64,000 bases of DNA, taken from positions 14,508,001 to 14,572,000 of the forward strand of contig OZ024742.1 of NCBI GenBank assembly GCA_964016885.1. Reading direction: 5' to 3'. The position numbers and the translations under genes were made by a program. Below, piece by piece: positions 28,435-39,400 of this stretch (positions are counted from its first letter, which is position 1; the number at the start of each line of letters is the position of its first letter). The DNA comes from Eledone cirrhosa (Eukaryota). The notes under the pieces were generated by a model. The model ran no database searches. It was not told the DNA's origin and saw only the letters and a list, made by a program, of their open reading frames with translations.

Positions 28435-29710
28435 CTAAATATGTGATACGCGATGGGGACCCGCCACAGCCCCAGCGGTCAGAAGAGAGAAGGCGTTTCC
28501 CCGGAGGACAGCAAGGGAGATGCGCTGGAAAAGCCACTCCAACTCGCGGGGCTCACACCTGCGGCTGGCCAGCTCAGCGCCTATGGTGGAGAATAGGGAG
28601 GTAGTCCAAGGGCCAAGGACACCAGAAGTCTCCACTGCCAGGGGTACAACCGCAAACCTGTCGGACAGCGACCGGTATTTGAGGAGTTTAGCCTCCTCAG
28701 CCCGACGTCCAGCAGAACCCGGGTTAATCGCAGACTGCACCAGGTTGCGGCTGCAGAAAGTGTCGGTGCAAGTGGCATCCCAGACGAGGGGTTTGCCACC
28801 GCGGAACGGGAAGATGGTCCAGCCCCACCGGATCGAGCTGGGAAGGGAAGCCTCCAGCGTCCAAGCCATGCTTTATGACCTTGTTGAGGGCAGCATGGCG
28901 TGGAAGGCGGCCGGCACTGTGGCGACAGGAAAGCGGGTGAAGGCCGAAAGAGTCCACGGTGGATCCGCAGCGACATTGGTGTGGCTCGCAGATCCGGGGG
29001 CCAGGCCGCAAAGAAACGCCAATGCGCAGGCTATTATTGTCTAGCTGCGTGCCAGTGGAGAAGGTAGGGTTTGGAGGCCGTACGAAAACAGGCAAGGCGG
29101 TGCTGGCCAAGCTGACGCGTGAGCCTGTCTGAGGCCAGGCTGCACTGTATTTTTTTTTGGGGGGGGGGGGCTTGAACAACAGAGGGAGAAGGAGGAGGGA
29201 CGTCTACTGGTCCCACGTCTCACAGGCGACCACACGTTCTCTGAAAACAGGGGGTTCTATTGTGTTTAGAAGAACCCTGCTGACAAGGACGCGGCACGAA
29301 GTTACCGACGAAAGATACGCCGGCAAAGCCAGTGAGATCGGGGACCGGAGGCCAAGGCCACCATACCTGACAGGTAAAGTGGCCTGTTGCCATCCAATGT
29401 CATCAAACTTGACGTTGCATATCTCCTGGGCTGCTTCTCGGATACAAATATCGAGGTCAGCGAGGAGAGATGTGTGAGTGTAGCATGGAGCGCTGCGAAG
29501 GGTATAGAGGAGATTCGGCATGGCGAAGCAGTTCCTCAATAGAAAGAGGGCTGGGTGGCCGTCGATCAAGCCCAGTCGGCTCATGAGAGTCTGGAGTTGT
29601 TGAAGCCTGGACCTGATGGTGGAGCGGATGGCCGGCGGGTAGATCGGTGACCCGAGGATGAGGACATCCTCTTTGGGGATCACCTGTACCTGGTGGAGAA
29701 TGGACTGCAT
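28435..29710 (-). mobile_element. decayed CRE-clade-like non-LTR retrotransposon (RT C-terminus, zinc knuckle, restriction-like endonuclease)
   Basis: Frameshifted pieces: WQQATLPVRYGGLG; CRCGSTVDSFGLHPLSC; GKPLVWDATCTDT...AEEAKLLKY...VPLAVETSGVLG...WLFQRISLAVLRGNA. GC-rich relative to its flanks. Confidence 0.75.
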
Positions 29711-30049
29711 ATTACTAATCCCATCATCATCATCACCTCTAGTTATCATCGTCATCATCATCATCATCATCATTACCTCTAGAGATCATCGTCAGCTCTA
29801 GTCATCATCATCACCACCTCTAGTTATCATCACCAAGTCGTCTTTAGAGCGTCAGACAATTGCTTGATAGGATTCTGGTTCTCTTCGTTCTGAGTTCAAC
29901 ACCTGCCGAGGTGAACTTAGCTTTTCATCCTTCCGAGGTTGATAAAATAAAGTACCAGTAAAGTACTGGAGTAGATATGATTGACTTTCCCCTCCCATAA
30001 AATTGCTTGTGCCTAGATTAGAAATCATTATTTACAATCTTATTGGATA

Positions 30050-30680
30050 CTTTAGGAGTGTCTTTTGTGAGCGGGTTTTTCGACCTATGGCGTTTGAGAC
30101 GTTAGGAGAAGCTGGGCCGTTGACAATGAAGTTCTTGTCATCGTTGGCAACTTGCATCACCGAGATATTAGGTGATACCCGTGGGGGTTCTTGGTTGTTC
30201 CAGCACCTTAGCCTCGTTATCACCTGGCCTTACCGTGATATCAGGGGATACCCGTGGGGGTTCTTGGTTGTTCCAGCACCTTAGGCTCGCTATCACCTGC
30301 CCTTACTGTGGTATCAGGGATACCCGTGAGGGTGCTTGGTTGTTCCAGCACCTTAGCCTTGCTATCACTCAGCCTTACCGTGGTATCAGGGGATGCCCGT
30401 GTGGGTGCTTGGTTGTTCAAGCACTTTAGTCTCACTATCACACAGCCTTACCAAGGTAACCAGTGACGCTAATGGTGAGAGTGCTTGGTTGTTCCAGCAC
30501 CTTAGCCTTGCTATCACCCAGCCTTAAGGAGGTGTCAGGTGATGCCCTTGAGGGTGCTTAGTTGTTCTAGTGACTTAGCTTCTCTATCATCCGGCCTTAC
30601 TGAGGTATCAGTTGATGCTCCAGGTGAGGGTACTTAGCCTCGCTATCACCCGCAGTGACGCTGCCAGTGTGTTGGCCTGA
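30050..30680 (+). mobile_element. second CRE-like 3' fragment containing a ~73-bp tandem repeat (6-7 diverged copies)
   Basis: FRPMAFETLGEAGP...WLFQHLSL, then repeats with GAT(A/G)CCCGTG at 30174, 30247, 30319 and 30392, then the ORF resumes as LAITRSDAASVLA. Confidence 0.65.
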
Positions 30681-31819
30681 CTCAAAAAGTATCAGAGAGG
30701 AGGCTCTGGTACTGAAGTGGTGTGTGACAGATTGACACACTTATGAATAAATATTTTCTCCACGTAACTATTTTTTAAAAGAATTACAGTGTATTCATAT
30801 TTTGACCAAAATATTTTCGCTCCACGAATTTTCCCACACTCGATTGTAATTATTGACAAGTACAATAAATTAATGGAATTGTGACATAAACAAATCTAGA
30901 AAACTCATTGTCAATAACATAGCAATGAAACGAATCATGTCAGTTTAAGAAAACAATTCCTATCCTGCATTGTTAAAATATATACTATTTTCCGCATCAG
31001 TAATGAAGAGCAACACAGGGACATCTTGTAAATAGAGAGAAAAAATAAAGAAAATTGTTATAACATCCATGACAAGTTGTATTGACACCGGTTATTTGTG
31101 AAAACAAAACAGGGACATGATAATCATTTACACCGGTTTTTCATTACTTCGTACGTAAGAGGAGATTTTCTAAAGCAAAGGAAGCCCATACGTAGGTTGA
31201 TGCATATTTCCATTAAATTTCTTCAATGTATATGTTTCGTTTGTTACTTTTCTGTGTTTGAGAAAAATATTAAAAATATTAACAGTTTCTTTAATTCCAA
31301 TCTAGTAGTTTAGTGTCTATGTAAAAAACAACAACAAAAAAACCCAGTAGTGTTTACTATTTCTATCTTTCTACATACATAACTAAATACTCGCACACAT
31401 CTTCGGGAAGGGTGAATTAGTAAAGTGTGTGATAGCCAAGTGGATGTAAGGAATTTAATGTGATGGTGGGGGGAAACAGAGAACACGTTAGAGGTATGAG
31501 TAATGGAAGAGAAATAGTGATATGTTGACACACCCAACACAAAATCCAGATCCTTCTCACTCTTGTTGGGTTGACCTCCACCGCTTCCTATCTCTGGCTA
31601 TGTGGGGCTGAGATATCAGGTCAGATCATTGTACTACCTGACCTTTGGCCACCCCCTGGTTCTTCTCCACTACCTTGTTATTCACTCTGTCACTTTAATA
31701 GTCCACCTATTGTCTCTGTGACGAGAGATGTCCCCAGCCCATCTATGTTTTCCCTTTTTGATGATCTCCATTATATCCTCGCTAGTCTGCTGTCGAATCC
31801 ATGGACCTATTTAGCAGAT

Positions 31820-32015
31820 GTATGTATACATACATCTGCTAAATAGCTCCATGTGTATATATATATACACACACACATGTTAAACGGGTCTATGTATACA
31901 TACATCTGCTAAACTGGTCCATGTAAATATACATCTAAACGAGTCCATGCGTACATACATCTGTTAAACAGGTCCATATATGCATCTGCTAAATAGGTCT
32001 ATGTATATATATGCT
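31820..32015. repeat. short degenerate minisatellite (ATACATCTGCTAAA-AGGTCCATGT-like, ~6 copies)
   Basis: Recurring CATCTGCTAAA and GGTCCATG motifs. Confidence 0.6.
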
Positions 32016-32143
32016 AAGTTATTACAATTGTTAAAGGTTGAACATATATTTTTTAAATGAACTAAAAGAAAACAAAAAAAAACTAAACGTTCTTAAATTT
32101 ATTTCTAAAATGTAATTTCTCAATTTCTTTTTAAGGATTATGA

Positions 32144-32383
32144 ATGGCTGAGATAATGAAAAGACAGCCGATGGTTTTCGGTCTTGGAGGTGTGGCATTG
32201 GCAATACTTTGGCAGTACCATGGCTTGTTTAGCTATATCTCCTTTATATTGCTCTACGCAGCAGTCTGTCTTCTTGGTGTGTTAGTTGGAGTACGGTGGT
32301 TCATTGACAGAAGCCCGTTTTACCGCACGGCATTACCTCCTCAGACCTCAAGTTTATTAGGTCTACTAGTGCAGAAAGTTAAG
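32144..32383 (+). CDS. SNX25: SNX25-like coding exon 1 (ATG; two hydrophobic, probably transmembrane segments)
   Basis: MAEIMKRQPMVFGLGGVALAILW...FILLYAAVCLLGVLVGVRW. Acceptor TTTCTTTTTAAG at 32135 lies just upstream of the ATG. Donor AAG|GTAACA, phase 0, is compatible with the next exon. Confidence 0.75.
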
Positions 32384-32920
32384 GTAACAATGATTTTCTT
32401 TTAACCTTTTCATTATCAAATTTTTAATGCCAAAAAAAAATAAATCTAAAGCCAGTCTCAGGCTGGTGTTTATCACAACTTCCTTGATGTTAAATAGCCT
32501 CACCAACCAACAGTTGGCCAAGTATGGTGAGTATGGCCATCCGCCCCAAATATGGGTTAAATAGCCTCACCAACCCACAATTGACCCAAGCATGACCCAA
32601 ACCAAATAGAAAGCGGTGGAGTTCAATCAGGGAGGGGTTCCTCCAACAGGAGTGAGAAGTCCTTAGGTTGGATTGGAAGTGACTGAGAGTACAGGGCTTA
32701 CCCTGTATTCCTCAGTCATGTGTCCTTTTAACAAAATCCCCAGGTAAAATCAACATGACACTATGTGACAAGGTTAAACCTTTCAATTACAGGTAAATTC
32801 CATTCATCGATCCCCTAGTTTTTCTCTACTGAATTTCACCCACAAATCTTCAGTCAACAATTGCCTGTGACATTATTATATGATATTATACTATATTATG
32901 ATATTATATTATATGATACT

Positions 32921-33197
32921 ATGTAAAGTTATGTTGGTACCACAACATCCAGTCCGAAACAAATGAGGTCGTGTAGGTATCACGACAAAAAAAACACACA
33001 GTCCACGTTGTAATGTGGCCGTGTAGGTAAGACGGTAAAAACCTCCCAGTCCACACTGTAAACGTTGTTGGTGTTAGGAAGGGCATCCAGCCGTAGACAA
33101 CCTGCAAGACAACCACTCTTGCCTCAAGTGGGAAAACTCCCGTCCAAACCCATGCAAGCGTGGAAGATGGACGTTAAACGATGATGATGATGATGAT
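32921..33197 (+). mobile_element. RTE LINE 3' UTR fragment with (GAT)n tail
   Basis: Matches the 3' UTR of the 49077-49855 copy (GTGTTAGGAAGGGCATCCAG...GGACGTTAAACGATGATG). Confidence 0.85.
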
Positions 33198-33280
33198 ATG
33201 ATATTATACTATATTATGATATTATATTATACTATATTATGTTATGATATTATATGATACTATGATATGATATTATACTA

Positions 33281-34452
33281 TACTAGCAGCAGTACCCAGC
33301 GTTGCCTGGGTAGGTAAAATAATATCTGCTTTGATGAAAAGGTGTTGATCTTAGCGACTGTTTCTCGATGACTCATCTATGGCCACACACAGGCCATGCG
33401 GAGGAGGGTGATGATGACCTCTATCACTGAGAAACGTGGGTGACTGACGAAGGGGCATGCTGGGGGAGGGAGGTAATGACCTCTAACACTAAGCCAAATT
33501 TCCTCACACTACTTGATTGGAAACCGATGAATTCTCAAATACACAACTAAAAGCTCAGATGATGTCAGTGGCCATCGTTTTGCCTTTGACCAGCTATAAG
33601 ATGTGCAATGATAGGTTCTATTGTAGTATAAAAGTTGAACCAAATAAATTGATTTATGTGTGAGGTGGAGCTGAAGTTTCGAATTTGAACGAAATCGGTT
33701 GAAAAATGTGGGAGCTAATGATAGGTCCCCGTTCCTGAACAAAAAATGCAAAGTGTAAAGCTACTATAAGATGTGCAATGATAGGTTCTACCGTAGTATA
33801 AAAGTTGAACCAAATAAATTGATTTATGCGTGAGGTGGAGCTGAAGTTTCGAATTTGAACAAAATTGGTTGAAAAATGTGGGAGCTAGAGCCAAAAAGCG
33901 GAAATTTGAGCGAAAAGGTGGTATTTTTGAATATTTAAGCGGCTGCCATGCTGTTCCTGAACAAAAAATCCAAAATGTAAAGCTACTTTAAGACGTGAAA
34001 TAATCAGATCTAGCGTAGTGTAAAATTTGAACAACATAGGTTGATTAATGTGGGAGCAAGAGCCGAAAAAGTGGTATTTTGGAATATTTAAGCGGCTGCC
34101 ACGCCGTCCCTGAACAACAAATGCAAAATATAAAGCCATTACAGGATGTGCAATGATAAATTCTATTTTACTTTAAAATTTTAACAAAATCGGTGCAAAA
34201 TGTGGGAGCTAGAGCTAAAAATCATATTTTTTGATACCTAAAAAAAGGTGACCCCCCCCCCCCCCCCCTATCGATTTTTATCTGCAGAATGAGCCCGGAA
34301 TAAAAAAACGATACGCTGATATATATATAAAACACTCCCCGATGACTAATCTATGAGCCTGTAAAGTTTCATGAAAATCGGTCGTAAGATGTAAGCCCCT
34401 ATAGGTAATACACAGACACACACACACACACTTAATTTTATATATATACAGA
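33281..34452 (+). mobile_element. non-autonomous Helitron-like element (Lep1/HINE-like architecture)
   Basis: Starts TACTAGCAG...ACCCAGCGTTGCCTGGGT (short hairpin). Contains internal ~120-175-bp repeats and AAGTTTCATGAAAATCGG, then (CA)n and ends TTTTATATATATACAGAT. Confidence 0.6.
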
Positions 34453-34669
34453 TTATGTTATGATATTATGATATTATATTATGATACTATGATATGATAT
34501 TATGATATGGTGATATGATACTATGATATTATGATACTATGATATTATGATACTATGATATTATATGATATTATGATACTATGATATTATGATATGATAT
34601 ATTATGATATTATGATATTGTGATACTATGATACTATATTATGATATTATGATACTATGATGATGATTA

Positions 34670-34961
34670 TCATCATTTTACGTCCGCTTTTCCCTGCTTG
34701 CAAGGGTTGGGCGGGTCCTATTCAGCACAGCATCTCTCCACCCGTCACGGTCCTTCGTCATCTCCTCCGTGAGTTTCAGCGATCTGAGGTCTGCTCTCAC
34801 CACCTCCGCCCATGTTTGTCGTGGTCTACCTCTACTGCGTCTTCCCTCCACTGGGACTTTCTGGCACTTCTTCACCCATCGGTCATCCTCCATGCACATC
34901 ACATGTCCATACCATCTCAGCCTTCTCTCCTGCACACCACAACTTATCCCTCTTATACCCA
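34670..34961 (-). mobile_element. RTE LINE 3' fragment (second family)
   Basis: QERRLRWYGHVMCMEDDRWVKKC...GRPRQTW...LASREKRT; same family as 48400-48829. Confidence 0.85.
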
Positions 34962-35353
34962 GTTATGATACTATGATATGATATTATGATACTATGATAT
35001 TATGATATTATGCAGTAGGATTGAAACTGGTACATTGAAATTGTGAAGTGAAGTTTGTGTGAAATAAAGGGTTGGGAGGGCCCTTCAGTTGTGTCAAAGA
35101 CATGATAACCTCCCCAGTGTTGGTGACCTGTACAATAAACACACCCAGTACACTCTGTAAAGTGGTTGGTAATAGGAAGGGCATCCAGCCATAGAAATCT
35201 TGCCAAATAAAAAGTTGAGAGGGCTCTTCAACTGTGTCAGTAAAGACAACCTAGAACATCCCCTCCCCCTGCTTATTCCACCACCACCCTATTATTTGTG
35301 ACCCGAGAGTAAGTGAAATTTGTGACCCTTTCTTTTGTCTCTTTCTTTTGCAG

Positions 35354-35514
35354 AAGAAAAAAATGGGTTGTCTATCAAAACAGAGGAAAGTTGTGATATC
35401 CCAGAACCTGGATTTAGCTATCCTTGAAGTTATTGACTTGTCTATACGAGACTTTGTCATGTCATGGTATAAAACTATTGGTAAAGATGATGAATCTGTA
35501 GAATATTTAATCAA
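35354..35514 (+). CDS. SNX25: SNX25-like coding exon 2 (start of PXA domain)
   Basis: Acceptor CTTTCTTTTGCAG; ISQNLDLAILEVIDLSIRDFVMSWY is a PXA-domain start motif; donor AA|GTTAGT, phase 2. Confidence 0.88.
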
Positions 35515-35550
35515 GTTAGTATCCTTTTATTATTATTGTAAATTATTATA

Positions 35551-35745
35551 GGAGTGGTGGATTGGCAGTATCGGTAGAGGATCGGACGCCATGCTTTGAT
35601 GCATAGAGTTACAGCCCTTGCTATTCTGAGTTCAAATCCTGCCAAGGTTAACTTTGCCTTTCATCCTTACGGGGTCGATAAAATGAAGTACCAGTAATGC
35701 ACTGGGTAATTGCTGGCCTTGTGCCAAAAGTAGAAACAATTATTA
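35551..35745 (+). mobile_element. tRNA-derived SINE (same family as 24550-24745)
   Basis: GGTGGATTGGCAGTATCGGTAGAGG...GAGTTCAAATCC...GCCTTTCATCCTTACGGGGTCGATAAA. Confidence 0.78.
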
Positions 35746-36446
35746 TTGTAAACCCCTACTGTCTGTGTCTTTGTATTGTCCCCTATATGTCGGGCTTTGT
35801 GGCCAATAAATGAAATCATTATTATTATTATTATTTGAAACTTCCTTTGAGTTCTGCTTCTTTCCCTAAATCATGTCAAATGTCAACCTGACACCTGAGA
35901 CACATTTTACAACCAATTGTTATACTGATGATACAATAAGGGCTCACACAATAGTAAATGTTTTTGCAAGGTATTTAAATTGATAAAGCCCTTCTCGGGA
36001 CATTGACAGTACCAGTCAGTACTAATTTCTGAATCTCTTGCAGAGATGGCTTTCCAGGTATCTTTCCAAATATTTTTCAGTTCTCTTTTTTTATAATTCC
36101 AACTATCACTGTTATTGTACAGGCCTTTTTCTCAATTTCAATTATCATTACTATAGTTATTATTATTATTATTATTATTAGAAGGCCTTTGACAATTCCA
36201 TAATCTGCTATCTGGGGTTTCTTCAGGACATTGGGGATGGATGAGTGACTTGTGAGAGTTGTCGTGCAATCTATATACATAGGTACAATTGCAAGCTGAA
36301 CACCCCAACCACCAAGCTATGTACCTTTACAACTGGAATTAAGGGCCCAAGCCATGGTTATTTATTCTGGCATCACCTGAGTTTAAGAAAATTAATAGTA
36401 ATCAATAATAATTTCCACTTTAGACACAAATCTCAAACACAGACTG

Positions 36447-39400
36447 ATTTTCTAAGCTGGGTTCATGCCTATCGTCCTGCGTTTCAGAGTTTCCATATTT
36501 TTTAAGCTGGGTTCATGTCTATCGTCCTGCGTTTCAGATTTTCCACATTTTCTAAGCTGGGTTCACATCTATCGTGCTGCGTTTCAGAGTTTCCACATGT
36601 TCTAAGCTGGGTTCATGCCTATCGTCCTGCGTTTCAGAGTTTCCACATTTTCTAAGCTGGGTTCATGCCTATCGTCCTGCGTTTCAGATTTTCCACATTT
36701 TCTAAGCTCGTTTCATGTCTATCATCCTGCGTTTCAGATTTTCCACATTTTCTAAGCTGGGTTCATGCCTATCGTCCTGCGTTTCAGAGTTTCCACATTT
36801 TCTAAGCTGGGTTCATGCCTATCGTCCTGCGTTTCAGAGTTTCCACATTTTCTAAGCTGGGTTCATGTCTATCGTCCTGCGTTTCAGAGTTTCCACATTT
36901 TCTAAGCTGGGTTCATGCCTATCGTCCTGCGTTTCAGAGTTTCCACATTTTCTAAGCTGGGTTCATGTCTATCGTCCTGCGTTTCAGATTTTCCACATTT
37001 TCTAAGCTGGGTTCATGCCTATCGTCCTGCGTTTCAGAGTTTCCACATTTTCTAAGCTGGGTTCATGCCTATCGTCCTGCGTTTCAGATTTTCCACATTT
37101 TCTAAGCTCGGTTCATGTCTATCGTCCTGCGTTTAAGAGTTTCCACATTTTCTAAGCTGGGTTCATGCCTATCGTCCTGCGTTTAAGAGTTTCCACATTT
37201 TCTAAGCTGGGTTCATGCCTATCGTCCTGCGTTTAAGAGTTTCCACATTTTCTAAGCTGGGTTCATGTCTATCGTCCTGCGTTTCAGAGTTTCCACATTT
37301 TCTAAGCTGGGTTCATGCCTATCGTCCTGCGTTTCAGAGTTTCCACATTTTCTAAGCTGGGTTCATGTCTATCGTCCTGCGTTTCAGAGTTTCCACATTT
37401 TCTAAGCTGGGTTCATGTCTATCGTCCTGCGTTTCAGAGTTTCCACATTTTCTAAGCTGGGTTCATGCCTATCGTCCTGCGTTTCAGATTTTCCACATTT
37501 TCTAAGCTGGGTTCATGCCTATCGTCCTGCGTTTCAGAGTTTCCACAGTTTCTAAGCTGGGTTCATGTCTATCGGCCTGCGTTTCAGAGTTTCCACATTT
37601 TCTAAGCTGGGTTCATGCCTATCGTCCTGCGTTTCAGAGTTTCCACATTTTCTAAGCTGGGTTCATGCCTATCGTCCTGCGTTTCAGAGTTTCCACATTT
37701 TCTAAGCTGGGTTCATGCCTATCGTCCTGCGTTTCAGATTTTCCACATTTTCTAAGCTGGGTTCATGTCTATCGTCCTGCGTTCCAGATTTTCCACATTT
37801 TCTAAGCTGGGTTCATGCCTATCGTCCTGCGTTTCAGAGTTTCCACATTTTCTAAGCTGGGTTCATGCCTATCGTCCTGCGTTTCAGATTTTCCACATTT
37901 TCTAAGCTGGGTTCATGTCTATCGTCCTGCGTTTCAGATTTTCCACAGTTTCTAAGCTGGGTTCATGCCTATCGTCCTGCGTTTCAGATTTTCCACATTT
38001 TCTAAGCTGGGTTCATGCCTATCGTCCTGCGTTTCAGATTTTCCACATTTTCTAAGCTGGGTTCATGTCTATCGTCCTGCGTTTCAGATTTTCCACAGTT
38101 TCTAAGCTGGGTTCATGCCTATCGTCCTGCGTTTCAGATTTTCCACATTTTCTAAGCTGGGTTCATGTCTATCGTCCTGCGTTTCAGATTTTCCACAGTT
38201 TCTAAGCTGGGTTCATGCCTATCGTCCTGCGTTTCAGAGTTTCCACATTTTCTAAGCTGGGTTCATGTCTATCGTCCTGCGTTTCAGAGTTTCCACATTT
38301 TCTAAGCTGGGTTCATGCCTATCGTCCTGCGTTTCAGATTTTCCACATTTTCTAAGCTGGGTTCATGCCTATCGTCCTGCGTTTCAGAGTTTCCACAGTT
38401 TCTAAGCTGGGTTCATGTCTATCAGCCTGCGTTTCAGAGTTTCCACATTTTCTAAGCTGGGTTCATGCCTATCGTCCTGCGTTTCAGAGTTTCCACATTT
38501 TCTAAGCTGGGTTCATGCCTATCGTCCTGCGTTTCAGAGTTTCCACATTTTCTAAGCTGGGTTCATGCCTATCGTCCTGCGTTTCAGATTTTCCACATTT
38601 TCTAAGCTGGGTTCATGTCTATCGTCCTGCGTTTCAGATTTTCCACATTTTCTAAGCTGGGTTCATGCCTATCGTCCTGCGTTTCAGAGTTTCCACATTT
38701 TCTAAGCTGGGTTCATGCCTATCGTCCTGCGTTTCAGATTTTCCACATTTTCTAAGATGGGTTCATGTCTATCGTCCTGCGTTTCAGATTTTCCACAGTT
38801 TCTAAGCTGGGTTCATGCCTATCGTCCTGCGTTTCAGATTTTCCACATTTTCTAAGCTGGGTTCATGTCTATCGTCCTGCGTTTCAGATTTTCCACAGTT
38901 TCTAAGCTGGGTTCATGCCTATCGTCCTGCGTTTCAGATTTTCCACATTTTCTAAGCTGGGTTCATGCCTATCGTCCTGCGTTTCAGATTTTCCACATTT
39001 TCTAAGCTGGGTTCATGACTATCGTCCTGCGTTTCAGATTTTCCACAGTTTCTAAGCTGGGTTCATGCCTATCGTCCTGCGTTTCAGATTTTCCACATTT
39101 TCTAAGCTGGGTTCATGTCTATCGTCCTGCGTTTCAGATTTTCCACAGTTTCTAAGCTGGGTTCATGCCTATCGTCCTGCGTTTCAGATTTTCCACATTT
39201 TCTAAGCTGGGTTCATGCCTATCGTCCTGCGTTTCAGATTTTCCACATTTTCTAAGCTGGGTTCATGTCTATCGTCCTGCGTTTCAGATTTTCCACAGTT
39301 TCTAAGCTGGGTTCATGCCTATCGTCCTGCGTTTCAGATTTTCCACATTTTCTAAGCTGGGTTCATGTCTATCGTCCTGCGTTTCAGATTTTCCACAGTT

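Larger units (their letters stand above)
32870..35030. repeat. (ATGAT/ATATT/ATACT) pentanucleotide microsatellite interrupted by three insertions
   Basis: The same simple repeat appears at 32870-32920, 33197-33280, 34453-34665 and 34962-35010. Confidence 0.8.
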
